DNA of 33,432 nt from Clostridiales bacterium (GCA_035361135.1 DAOSCC010000002.1:1-33432), one strand, 5' to 3'; numbered from the stretch's first letter, positions 24,989 to 33,432 are shown. The notes: a model not told the origin generated them from the letters alone. Made by a program: numbers and translations.

Positions 24989-27301
24989 TTATGGCCCTGT
25001 GCCTACACCGCTGATTCTCCAGCCGCCTTTCTCCGTTTCTTTCGTCAAAAGAATGAAACGTTGCTGTACACCGCTTTCCGACGTAATAACCTTTTTAAAG
25101 TTAAAGTCAACCGTTGCCCGGTATTCGATGACCCCATCCGGATTTTCTATGTCTTTCAATTCACTCATATCAATCAGTTTTACTGATTTTACATTTGAGT
25201 AGCCATCTGAATATACGCCGGCAGAATCGCTGTTATAGAGCAGATTATTGTCCATGTTTGCGAAGAGATAACTGCACAGACTCTCTCGGGTTATACAAGC
25301 GAGCAGCATTTTTTCATCTTGTTCATCCATTGCTTCAAAATACTGCCGGATCAATTCCTCAGGGCTCATTGATGACAACATTGTTTCAATTTCATCGGAA
25401 TAGTCGATAAATCCGTCGATCCAATTACCCCAGTCTTTGCCGGTCACATCCTTCAAAGACTTTCTGTCCAGAGAGCAGGCAAACCCGCGATGCCTCCCCG
25501 CATCAATGTATGCACCTATGATTTCTCCGTTGTGCTTTATAACAACACCCCTCGCGTCACGTCTGGGTTTCAGAGAATCGGGGAGCGGTTCCCGCAGTTT
25601 GTATATCTCCGCAGTGGCGTTTTTTCCGAGATAACTGCTGAAATCCAGGCCCACGCTTTTGGAAAGCTCATTATTATAGGCCCAATAAATCTTTAGCGGA
25701 AAATCTCCGGCTTGATGTTTAAGGTCTGATGGTAAAGTGACTTTTACGCTATTGACCAGGTAATCTGCTGTCCAGCCGTATTTGCTGAACAGATCTGAAA
25801 CCTTACTGTCAATGTAGGTCTCGTGCCGCCTGTATTCAACATAGTCATCCAAATACCTGAAGAAGTCATAGCCTGGGTCTAATAACTTTTCATCAATCTG
25901 AACATACCCCAATTGGTAAAGGTCATCGTATGCGAACATGAATTCCTTTTTGCTTCCGTCTTTAAGTGTCAGAACCAACTTGTTGCTGCCTTTGGTCATT
26001 GGCCGTATCTTATCCAACTGATCGTCCGAAAATGCCTCACTTCGTGAAATCATATCCATGATATCCGAAATGATCTTGCTGTCTTTAATTTGTACAGGAT
26101 CGATTTCAATGCCTGGATAATAGGTATTGTCATAATAAATGCCGATCTGGGTGATTTCCCCGTATATGGCCTGTTTATCCGATTCATTCGACCCGGGACT
26201 GCTTCCGTCAACATGCTCGGTTACCGGTCCATTATCAGCTCCATCCTCACTGTGCTGCGGAATGATCTCAGCATTTTCGGATTTTGCTCCCGTGAAGGTG
26301 CAGCCGACCGCAACGGCGGCGACGAGCGCGGCCGCGACCAATGCCGGCACGAGGACTTTTGGCTTTCTCGCGATCAATGTGATGCGTTCCCTGATACCCT
26401 TTATTCCGTCGGTCATGGTGGTGGCGCAGCAAAGCAGATCCATGGTTTTGCGTTTCCCGCAGGTGAGTCCGATGATCGTCCGTCCGTATTCCAGGCGGCT
26501 TGCTTCGCCAAGGCGTTTGATGGTTCCCTCATCGCAGGCCAGTTCGGAATCCCTGCGGGAAAGTGCCGCCGCCAGCCAGACAAGCGGGTTGTACCAGTGT
26601 ACGGCGAGGCAGAAACAGCGCATCGCTGCCCATATGTGGTCGCCGTGCCGGTAATGGGTCTGTTCGTGGGCCAGCACATGGCGCAATTTTAGAGCATCCC
26701 CGGCAACGTCCGGAGTGATATAGATTACAGGACGAAAGAATCCGAACAGGCAGGGCGATGCTAAATTCTTAACTAAATAGATCGGTCGCTTACAATTGTC
26801 TGACTGATAGCGGATCCTGATTTTTCTCAGTTTCCTGCTGAAACTCAGGTTCGATAAAAGCAAGGTCAGTCCGACAACGGCAATTCCGGCAAGCCATACT
26901 GTTCTCAGCATCCGGGCCAGTACCACACCAAGAGGATCCACAAAAACATATGTCTGCGGGTGTGAATAACCGCTATTTGATGGGTACCCCCGAATCTCAT
27001 GCGGCGTGCCTTTTCCGGCTTCACGCGCCTCATCCGGCGTCATTTCACTGTTATGTATCACGTCAGAGTATACCAGAGTTTTTGAAAGCGTCTGTTCAGC
27101 CACTTTGTAGGCCGCCGACCGTTCAACTGCATTCATTACACTAATTGGGCTCTCAAACAAGGTAATGGGTACAATCAAACGTATCAGCACCAGTGCCCAA
27201 AGGGCGTATTGCAGGTGCAAACTGATTTTGCCCTTTAATAAATGCCGCAATATTATTACCACAAGGATAAGAACGGAGGAAGTGATGATGAGTTCTGTCA
27301 T
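24989..27301 (-). CDS. BlaR1/MecR1-like M56 family membrane metalloprotease-sensor with non-PBP extracytoplasmic domains (DUF4830/DUF4829-like)
   Basis: N-terminal TM helices, the zinc motif LAHEQTHYRHGDHIW and WYNPLVWLA fit M56. A TM segment VLVPALVAAALVAAVAVGC is followed by ~430 aa without recognisable S-x-x-K/K-T-G penicillin-binding motifs. Confidence 0.9.
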   Translation of the reverse strand: MTELIITSSVLILVVIILRHLLKGKISLHLQYALWALVLIRLIVPITLFESPISVMNAVERSAAYKVAEQTLSKTLVYSDVIHNSEMTPDEAREAGKGTPHEIRGYPSNSGYSHPQTYVFVDPLGVVLARMLRTVWLAGIAVVGLTLLLSNLSFSRKLRKIRIRYQSDNCKRPIYLVKNLASPCLFGFFRPVIYITPDVAGDALKLRHVLAHEQTHYRHGDHIWAAMRCFCLAVHWYNPLVWLAAALSRRDSELACDEGTIKRLGEASRLEYGRTIIGLTCGKRKTMDLLCCATTMTDGIKGIRERITLIARKPKVLVPALVAAALVAAVAVGCTFTGAKSENAEIIPQHSEDGADNGPVTEHVDGSSPGSNESDKQAIYGEITQIGIYYDNTYYPGIEIDPVQIKDSKIISDIMDMISRSEAFSDDQLDKIRPMTKGSNKLVLTLKDGSKKEFMFAYDDLYQLGYVQIDEKLLDPGYDFFRYLDDYVEYRRHETYIDSKVSDLFSKYGWTADYLVNSVKVTLPSDLKHQAGDFPLKIYWAYNNELSKSVGLDFSSYLGKNATAEIYKLREPLPDSLKPRRDARGVVIKHNGEIIGAYIDAGRHRGFACSLDRKSLKDVTGKDWGNWIDGFIDYSDEIETMLSSMSPEELIRQYFEAMDEQDEKMLLACITRESLCSYLFANMDNNLLYNSDSAGVYSDGYSNVKSVKLIDMSELKDIENPDGVIEYRATVDFNFKKVITSESGVQQRFILLTKETEKGGWRISGVGTGP

Positions 27302-27690
27302 TTCTCCCCCTCCTTGACTTCAGCTTCACGCAGGATGGCGTACAATTCTTCGATTTCTTCCTTTGTGAGTTCCTGCTTCTTTGTGATGGCGCTCATCATC
27401 AGGCTGACGCTGCCTTTGTATACCCTGTTGAGGAAATCGTCCGTTTCCCTGATAACCGCGTCCTCCCGCTTAATGAGGGGAGAGTAGACCTTTATTCCTT
27501 CATTGTCCTCGCATCTGATTAAGCCCTTTTTTGTCATACGTCCAAGCATCGTCAGAGTCGTGCTCCGGGACCAGCCCACATGTTTGCGCATATATTCCGT
27601 TGCTTCTCTGCCGGTTCGCGGCGACGCTTCCCACAGGCATTCCATGAGATTCCATTCGGCATTGGTAAGGCTAATATTCTCCACATTCAT
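27298..27690 (-). CDS. BlaI/MecI/CopY family transcriptional repressor
   Basis: The ATG at 27690 lies 9 nt after GGAG. The winged helix is AEWNLMECLWEASPRTGREATEYMRKHVGWSRSTTLTMLGRMTKKGLI. A 4-nt ATGA overlap links it to the M56 gene. Confidence 0.9.
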   Translation of the reverse strand: MNVENISLTNAEWNLMECLWEASPRTGREATEYMRKHVGWSRSTTLTMLGRMTKKGLIRCEDNEGIKVYSPLIKREDAVIRETDDFLNRVYKGSVSLMMSAITKKQELTKEEIEELYAILREAEVKEGEK

Positions 27691-27711
27691 CTTATCACGC
27701 TCCACGCTGTC

Positions 27712-27754
27712 TACAATGTAAACATATTATATGCCAATGTGTTTACATTGTCAA
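27712..27754 (-). promoter_or_regulatory. Consensus sigma-A promoter with two BlaI-type operator boxes
   Basis: On the minus strand: TTGACA (27754-27749), 17-nt spacer, TATAAT (27731-27726). ACAATGTAAAC (27713-27723) and GTTTACATTGT (27741-27751) form a perfect 11-bp inverted repeat. Each box contains an ACAnTGT dyad like the TACA/TGTA boxes of BlaI/MecI/CopY. One box overlaps -35 and the other the predicted start site. Confidence 0.65.
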
Positions 27755-27870
27755 CACTATGCAGGGCACTTCGCCTTTGACTTTACAGTCTCAAAAGTGT
27801 GTTGATATCTGCTGCAAATTCGTCAGAAAAATCTCGGCTATCGAATAAAACGGTGCTACATAAGCTCCGC

Positions 27871-28000
<130 letters not shown>

Positions 28001-28033
28001 ATATATTGTACATCTATAAGATTTTGCTTATGT

Positions 28034-28510
28034 TTATCTCAGGCTTTTAAAGAATTCCTTCAATATCGTCGAGCATTCCTGCTCCAGCACGCCCCAGACG
28101 ACGTCGACCCGATGGTTGAAGGCATCCACCCTGAACACGTCTATCACTGAGCCGGCGGCCCCGGCCTTCAGATCGGACGTCCCGATGTACAGGGTCCTGA
28201 TCCTCGACTGTATGATCGCGCCTGCGCACATCGTGCAGGGTTCCAGCGTAACATAAAGATCACAGTCTGTCAATCTCCATGTGCCAAGCTTTTTGCAGGC
28301 ACGCCTGATGGCTGTCATTTCTGCGTGGAGTGTGGAGTCGTTTTTCGACTCTCTTTCATTGTGGCCCCTGGCGATTATTACGCCGTTCCTGACTACTACC
28401 GCTCCAACCGGCGCTTCCGCTTTTTTCCTGGCTTTCTCCGCCTCCATCAGCGCTTCGGCCATGAACCTTTCGTGCGTGAAAAGCTGACAGGCCGGCTTGT
28501 CATGCGCCAT
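28034..28510 (-). CDS. tadA: tRNA adenosine(34) deaminase
   Basis: The ATG at 28510 lies 7 nt after GGAGG. FMAEALMEAEKA, PVGAVVV, HAEMTAI and TLEPCTMCAGAI are CDA-fold zinc motifs typical of TadA. Confidence 0.9.
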   Translation of the reverse strand: MAHDKPACQLFTHERFMAEALMEAEKARKKAEAPVGAVVVRNGVIIARGHNERESKNDSTLHAEMTAIRRACKKLGTWRLTDCDLYVTLEPCTMCAGAIIQSRIRTLYIGTSDLKAGAAGSVIDVFRVDAFNHRVDVVWGVLEQECSTILKEFFKSLR

Positions 28511-29113
28511 GTCCCAACCTCCGCATAAACGGAATAAATGCGCACACGTTATTATACTACAAAGATGAATAACAATCAATTATCTTAATATTACATTATT
28601 TGGACAATGGATGTATCATGGCCGTCCGTTTGGCCAGTGCCGGTATGTCAGGCTATCTGTGCAGGCATTGCCCGATATATCATGGCCGCTTATGCAGGCA
28701 ATGCACGAAGGGACAGATACCTGTACAAAATACAGGAATCCTGGCGGAGATCAGATATCTCAGCCGGGAGCAGCTATTTCACCTTGAAGCATATTTGCCG
28801 CTCAGGTTGTATATGATCCTGAACGGGAGAAATATAAGGTACAGTATACATATGATGAGAAACTCCATGATCATGTCTATGAATTTGCTGAACCTTTCCA
28901 TAATATCACCCGCCTGGTATGGGAGAATAGTGGCTTTGCAGGCTGAAAAGCCTGTTCTGCGCTGATCGGCCGACATTATTATTGGCTTAAATGGCAGGTT
29001 TTATGTAATTGCCCTGATCACATGCGTAAAAAATCGATTATTGCCCGTACTTTCACGGTACCGGGACCGGCCGGGAAGGTAAAAGGTACCGCGGTGTCGT
29101 ATAATGTAATGGG

Positions 29114-30049
29114 GTGATATTCTTGAGCGGACTTATTTTCATAGTGTTTCTTGTAATTGTTATCATAAATATATTCAAAAAAGCAAGTGAAAGCGGCTAT
29201 AATGGCAGCGGTGAACATAAAAGGTTCGAACGGTATCTCGAAGATAACAGGCAGAACAGGCCCGAAATAAGGAATATCGAGCAGAATGAGCGTACCAGGT
29301 GGTATGGGAGCAGTTATAAAAGCAATGCCGGAAAAGGCGATGCCCAAAGACAGAATGGGCAAAGACGGAGCACACAGGAGGCAAATTCCTGGCAGACAGG
29401 CCAAAGCACGCAGGAAACCGCCGCCGGTCAAACCAGACAAAGTATGGCAGACATGGCCGTCAAACCGAATGAACCTTGCGATCCGAACACAGCCATCATG
29501 AAAAACGGAGCCATCGGTACCAAAGCTGCCGATACGAATGCAGCCGATAAAACCAAAGCTGCGTACATACCGGCTGCAACCGGCAGTTTTCTTTCCAGGG
29601 CTGAAGACATGGACAAAGTTTTCGGCGATACCTCCATGGACGTGCCGATCACTGCAGACCAGGGTTATACCGTCACTGAATGTTATGGCGTAAATGATAC
29701 TGAGAGTTATAGTGCATCTGACATGCAATACGAGGGGTATCCGCAGGACAGCTTTGAAGCAGGCAATAGTATACTGACGGATTACTACCGGGACATTCCT
29801 GTTGCGGCGCAACCGGTTTTCGTGAAAGATGCCGGCAGCGAGGGCATTATTGGCACCGGAGCGCTGGTTTGGCCGGAAGTAAATGAAAAAGATTATTTTA
29901 TGTCCGACCTGAAAGCTTTCGAATTTACGGATGTCGTAGTGGATTCCCAAATAAAGCTGGATGCGTCGATGCCTTTGTTTGAGGAGATTAATAAAGCTCC
30001 GGTAAAAACAGTTGATAAAAACGATGGTACGGCTGGCAAAGCCGAATAG
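29114..30049 (+). CDS. Hypothetical membrane-anchored protein with Q/N/T-rich low-complexity region
   Basis: N-terminal TM LSGLIFIVFLVIVIINIF followed by KK. The start is GTG 29114, or TTG 29123 after GGGGTGA. I prefer it over the antisense ORF 29018..29950, which is R/C/H-rich. Confidence 0.5.
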   Translation: MIFLSGLIFIVFLVIVIINIFKKASESGYNGSGEHKRFERYLEDNRQNRPEIRNIEQNERTRWYGSSYKSNAGKGDAQRQNGQRRSTQEANSWQTGQSTQETAAGQTRQSMADMAVKPNEPCDPNTAIMKNGAIGTKAADTNAADKTKAAYIPAATGSFLSRAEDMDKVFGDTSMDVPITADQGYTVTECYGVNDTESYSASDMQYEGYPQDSFEAGNSILTDYYRDIPVAAQPVFVKDAGSEGIIGTGALVWPEVNEKDYFMSDLKAFEFTDVVVDSQIKLDASMPLFEEINKAPVKTVDKNDGTAGKAE

Positions 30050-30153
30050 CCGAAAATTGACTGATGATCAGCTTTAGTCAGCGGTATCTCGTATTTGCTG
30101 CATTTGCGCCGATATTGCACCATATCTGCAGCAGGAACTGTGCTTGCGATAGC

Positions 30154-30190
30154 AAAAGGAGCCTGTGCGCAACCATACAGGCTCCTTTTA
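30154..30190. terminator. Bidirectional rho-independent terminator between convergent genes
   Basis: AAAAGGAGCCTGT (30154-30166) pairs with ACAGGCTCCTTTT (30177-30189), a perfect 13-bp stem including A/T tails on both sides. Confidence 0.8.
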
Positions 30191-30302
30191 TATAAATACC
30201 CTGCCCGGATCGACCTGGCGTTGATATATGATACCGGGTCACCGGATCATACCTGGCCTGAAAGATCATCCTTAACTGATTGATCGCTCCATCATTGCCC
30301 GA

Positions 30303-31874
30303 TTACCCAAGGATCGCTTTCAGATCTTCTTCAGGAGTAGATATCGGCTTGATACCGAACTTATCGACCAGCACATTCAGCACGTTGGATGAGAAAAATG
30401 CCGGGAGTGACGGGCCGATATAGATATTTTTGAGACCGAGCGCCAGCAGTGTCAGCAGGATGCAGACGGCCTTCTGCTCATACCATGACAGCACAAGCGT
30501 CAGCGGGAGTTCGTTCACGGTGCAGTTGAACGCCTCTGCAAGAGCTGTCGCTACCTGTATTGCGGAGTAGGCATCATTGCACTGGCCCATATCCATGATC
30601 CTCGGCAGGCCGCCGATCTCGCCAAGGTCAAGGTCGTTGAAGCGGTACTTTCCGCATGCGAGCGTCAGGATCACCGTATCCTTCGGCGTATTCTTCACAA
30701 ACTCCGTGTAATAGTTCCTTCCCGGTTTTGCTCCGTCGCAGCCGCCTACAAGGAAGAAGTGCCTGATGGCTCCGCTCTTCACGGCCTTTATAACGGTGTC
30801 GGCAGCGCCAAGAACAGTGTTGTGTGCGAAGCCGGTCATCACCCACGAACCGCCGTTTATGCCCGTGAAGTGCTTATCCTCAGGCCATCCGCCCAGTTCG
30901 ACCGCTTTATTTATAACAGGAGTGAAATCCTTTCTGCCGTCGGTTCCAGGTATATGGACAAGTCCCGGGTATGCGACCGCTGCGGTCGTAAACACCCTGT
31001 CGGCATAGGACGGCTTCGGAGGCATGAGGCAGTTGGTGGTGAACAGGAATGCTCCCGGCACGTCAGCGAATTCCTTCTGCTGGTTCTGCCATGCCGTACC
31101 GAAGTTGCCCTTCAGGTGGGAGTATTTCTTAATTTCCGGGTACCCGTGGGCCGGCAGCATCTCGCCGTGGGTGTATATGTTGATCCCCTTGCCTTCGGTC
31201 TGTTCGAGCAACTGCTTCAGATCATGCAGGTCGTGGCCGCTGACAACTATAAACGGTCCCTTCTCCACAGTAAGCGATACCCTCGTCGGCACAGGATGCC
31301 CGAATTCGCCGGTGTTTGCGCCGTCCAGCAACGCCATGCATCTGAGGTTGACATGCCCGAACTCCATAAGGAGATCCAGCCATTCATCGACTGAATGTTC
31401 CTGGCCGACGGCTCTCATTCCCTTGTAGAACCATGCCATGACCTCCCTGTCTTCCCTGCCGAGTACAAAAGCATGGTATGCATATGCTGCCATACCCCTC
31501 AGACCAAGCAGGAGAGTGGAACGCAGGGATACGATATCTTCAGCGCCGGTCCAGAGCTCATTTGCCGGAAAATCCTCCGCGCCGCCGAGCCTTGCCTTTT
31601 CTTCCCTGACACGTCTCGTCACGTCGTCTACACGGTCTTTGTCGAAGTTGACATTGGTGATCGTGGTAAACAGCCCCTCCAGCATCAGTTCATCCGTTCT
31701 TCCGGCCGGCGCTGTTTTCTCCGCCGCCCTGGCAAGGCCTATCAATGCGCAGGTCAGTTCGTCCTGGCTGTTGGCCACCTCCGCACTTTTTCCGCAGACC
31801 CCCGCTTTTGTGCATCCCTTTCCGCCTGCGGTCTGTTCACACTGGAAACAAAACATACTGCACATACTGCTCAT
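30303..31874 (-). CDS. hcp: Hybrid cluster protein / hydroxylamine reductase
   Basis: N-terminal MFCFQCEQTAGGKGCTKAGVCGK cysteine motif, 523 aa, typical Hcp throughout. ATG 31874 lies 7 nt after AAAGGGA. Confidence 0.95.
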   Translation of the reverse strand: MSSMCSMFCFQCEQTAGGKGCTKAGVCGKSAEVANSQDELTCALIGLARAAEKTAPAGRTDELMLEGLFTTITNVNFDKDRVDDVTRRVREEKARLGGAEDFPANELWTGAEDIVSLRSTLLLGLRGMAAYAYHAFVLGREDREVMAWFYKGMRAVGQEHSVDEWLDLLMEFGHVNLRCMALLDGANTGEFGHPVPTRVSLTVEKGPFIVVSGHDLHDLKQLLEQTEGKGINIYTHGEMLPAHGYPEIKKYSHLKGNFGTAWQNQQKEFADVPGAFLFTTNCLMPPKPSYADRVFTTAAVAYPGLVHIPGTDGRKDFTPVINKAVELGGWPEDKHFTGINGGSWVMTGFAHNTVLGAADTVIKAVKSGAIRHFFLVGGCDGAKPGRNYYTEFVKNTPKDTVILTLACGKYRFNDLDLGEIGGLPRIMDMGQCNDAYSAIQVATALAEAFNCTVNELPLTLVLSWYEQKAVCILLTLLALGLKNIYIGPSLPAFFSSNVLNVLVDKFGIKPISTPEEDLKAILG

Positions 31875-31930
31875 TCAATATTCCCTTTCATAAATGGATC
31901 AATGTATCATTTCAGCCATGGTCATCTATG

Positions 31931-31959
31931 TTGCTTTGGCATGTTCATTGTAGTATAAT
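31931..31959 (+). promoter_or_regulatory. Putative sigma-A promoter of the Crp/Fnr regulator gene
   Basis: TTGCTT (31931-31936), 17-nt spacer, TATAAT (31954-31959). Confidence 0.5.
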
Positions 31960-31974
31960 CCGTGTATCAAATCC

Positions 31975-31988
31975 GTAACCAAAGTTAC
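31975..31988. promoter_or_regulatory. Palindromic GTAAC-N4-GTTAC box, candidate HcpR (Crp/Fnr) site
   Basis: GTAACcaaaGTTAC is a perfect dyad in the hcp/regulator divergent spacer. It is centred 29.5 nt upstream of a minus-strand TACAAT (31952-31947), about -41.5 for hcp. Confidence 0.6.
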
Positions 31989-32013
31989 AAAAAGTTAATA
32001 ACAGGTGGACATT

Positions 32014-32727
32014 ATGGAAACGAAGCATATAGAAAAGGTACAAAGCATAGCCAAAGACTGCATGCTTTTCAAAGATATGAACGGGGAAGAACTGTCTGCG
32101 CTGCTGACATGCCTGGATTTCAAGATCCGCAGTTTCAGCAGGAACGACATCATCAATATGGCAGGCGACTTCTTCGAAGGTATCGGCGTCGTGATCGACG
32201 GACAGGTGGCTGTGGTCAAGGAGAACATAGTAGGAGAGAGGATAATCTTCGACATACTCGGCCGGGGGGAGTTGTTTGGTGAAATGGCCGCCTTCACAGG
32301 GGTGCGCAAATGGCCCGCAACTATCATCGCCAATACGGAATGCACAGTGATGCATGTACCGGCCGATAAACTCGTCGGGCAGTGTTCCCAGACCTGTACT
32401 GCCCATACGAAACTGATAATGAACATGCTCGGGATACTGTCACGCAAGGCTCTGACGCTGAACCGCCAACTGGAATACCTCTCCATAAAAAGCATCAGGG
32501 GCAGGATAGCGAGCTTCCTGCTGGAGCAATATAAGAAAAGCGGGAAAACGACCTTTATGCTGGCGATGAACAGGAATGAGCTGGCAGATTTCCTGAACGT
32601 GGCCAGACCGTCACTGTCACGGGAGATGTGCAGGATGCGGGATGAAGGGATGATCGACTTCCACAGGTCGTCGGTACGGATCAGGGACATGGAAGCACTG
32701 AAAGCTGCGGCACAGGGAATGCACTGA
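32014..32727 (+). CDS. Crp/Fnr family transcriptional regulator (HcpR-like by context)
   Basis: cNMP-binding-like N-domain (LFKDMNGEEL..., GELFGEMAAF) and C-terminal HTH NRNELADFLNVARPSLSREMCRMRDEGMI. It is divergent from hcp. I prefer ATG 32014 over GTG 32005. Confidence 0.85.
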   Translation: METKHIEKVQSIAKDCMLFKDMNGEELSALLTCLDFKIRSFSRNDIINMAGDFFEGIGVVIDGQVAVVKENIVGERIIFDILGRGELFGEMAAFTGVRKWPATIIANTECTVMHVPADKLVGQCSQTCTAHTKLIMNMLGILSRKALTLNRQLEYLSIKSIRGRIASFLLEQYKKSGKTTFMLAMNRNELADFLNVARPSLSREMCRMRDEGMIDFHRSSVRIRDMEALKAAAQGMH

Positions 32728-33007
32728 TCCGGTGTTTATGCCCCGGCGGCGGGAAATGGCGCAGCCGCCGAAACCGCGACGTTTTGATTTGTACTGGTTT
32801 AGAAATACTGAAATAATGGTATGAATAATGACAAGGCGATAACAGATGCCTCCGCTTCGCTGAAACGCGCAGAGGCAATAAAAATTTCTGCAGACGAAAT
32901 TTTTATTTGATTGATGCATTATAAAACAGCCTGACATAAGGATTGGAAAGACTTGCACCTGAAAGGCCCAGGTGCGAACAAGAAATGGAAGAATAAGGAG
33001 AATGCCT

Positions 33008-33432
33008 ATGAATACAAAAACACCTTGCGAATCTATGGTGGAAATGACCGAACTGGTACTGCCAAACGATACCAACCTGCTCGGCAACCTGCTGGGCGGA
33101 AGGCTCATGCATCTTATTGACGTGGCAGGTGCGATGGCTGCACAGAGGCACTGCAACCGGGCTGTTGTGACAGCCTGCATCGACAGCGTCGATTTCAGGC
33201 ATCCTGTGAAGCAGGGCAGGGCCGTGATCCTCAGGGCAAAAGTGACCTGGGTGGGACGGACTTCGATGGAAGTGCGCGTAGACGTATTTTCCGAGGATTT
33301 CCTGACAGGGAAGCGGGAGTTCAACAGCAATGCGTATCTGACATTCGTCGCCGTGGATTCCGAAGGCAAACCTGTGGAAGTTTGCGGCCTTCGTCCTGAA
33401 ACAGATGAGGAAAAACGGGAATACGAGGCTGC
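33008..33432 (+). CDS. Acyl-CoA thioesterase (hotdog fold, YciA/Acot-like), 3' end beyond window
   Basis: My own translation: MNTKTPCESMVEMTELVLPNDTNLLGNLLGGRLMHLIDVAGAMAAQRHCNRAVVTACIDSVDFRHPVKQGRAVILRAKVTWVGRTSMEVRVDVF... is the classic acyl-CoA hydrolase pattern. The ATG at 33008 lies 7 nt after AAGGAG. The frame is open to the window end, which is why it is absent from the ORF track. Confidence 0.8.
   Translation, partial: MNTKTPCESMVEMTELVLPNDTNLLGNLLGGRLMHLIDVAGAMAAQRHCNRAVVTACIDSVDFRHPVKQGRAVILRAKVTWVGRTSMEVRVDVFSEDFLTGKREFNSNAYLTFVAVDSEGKPVEVCGLRPETDEEKREYEA

Noticed and set aside
28742-28750. A third partial copy (9 nt, TGGCGGAGA) of the tRNA-Ser 3' end.
   Set aside because: A 9-mer match is expected by chance at about 0.25 per window, and it has no supporting context.
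28511-29113. SRP RNA (scr) next to tadA, by analogy with the B. subtilis tadA-scr arrangement.
   Set aside because: The conserved domain IV sequence (GUCAGGUCCGGAAGGAAGCAGC) is absent on both strands. Only a loose resemblance (CAGCCGGGAGCAGC) was seen.
29018-29950. A 310-aa ORF antisense to the 29114..30049 gene.
   Set aside because: It has R/C/H-rich composition, no start signals and no motifs. The plus-strand frame has a clean N-terminal TM anchor. Confidence in either frame is only moderate.
31854-31871. A 9-nt tandem duplication (AGCAGTATG / TGCAGTATG) at the 5' end of hcp, giving MSSMCSMFCFQCEQ.
   Set aside because: It is in-frame and lies ahead of the conserved MFCFQCEQT motif. It is probably a trivial N-terminal duplication or alternative start and has no functional implication I can support.
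32617-33369. A 250-aa minus-strand ORF spanning the regulator-thioesterase spacer.
   Set aside because: It overlaps the ends of two well-supported plus-strand genes (Crp/Fnr HTH and hotdog thioesterase) and crosses two hairpins.

Overview
This 33.4-kb chromosomal segment looks like a spore-forming Firmicute of the class Clostridia. Supporting signs are a YabG sporulation protease, an SLH cell-surface protein, a T-box-controlled serS, roughly 50-55% GC by eye, and frequent AGG/AGA/ATA codons. I support about 26 protein genes, one tRNA-Ser(CGA) and one T-box riboswitch.

Content:
- Mostly housekeeping and translation-related genes: proS, dtd, serS, tadA, tRNA-Ser and an rsgA paralog.
- A heterodimeric ABC exporter pair.
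- hcp with a divergent Crp/Fnr (HcpR-like) regulator.
- A BlaI/BlaR1-like signalling pair.
- An XRE-family regulator carrying a repeat array.
- Several proteins of unknown function: DUF3160-like, DUF2500-like and a 600-aa orphan.

I saw no CRISPR array, no transposase, integrase or reverse transcriptase, and no recognisable defence or toxin-antitoxin genes. I cannot demonstrate a clear-cut novel multi-gene system from sequence alone.

Best leads:
1. An exact 12-nt copy of the tRNA-Ser 3' end brackets a 2.9-kb recombinase-less blaI-blaR1-like cassette.
2. An RsgA GTPase is fused to a C-terminal RNHCP zinc-ribbon domain, preceded by 0.5 kb of unassigned sequence with terminators and a strong-SD upstream ORF.
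3. A ~98-aa low-complexity insertion sits inside the degenerate nucleotide-binding domain of the ABC pair.
4. An XRE HTH is fused to eight ~29-aa APFL repeats, divergent from a DUF2500 gene.
5. Two further unassigned structured intergenic blocks lie at 19913-20142 and 28511-29113.

All family assignments come from motif recognition from memory, not from database searches. Start codons were chosen from SD spacing by eye.
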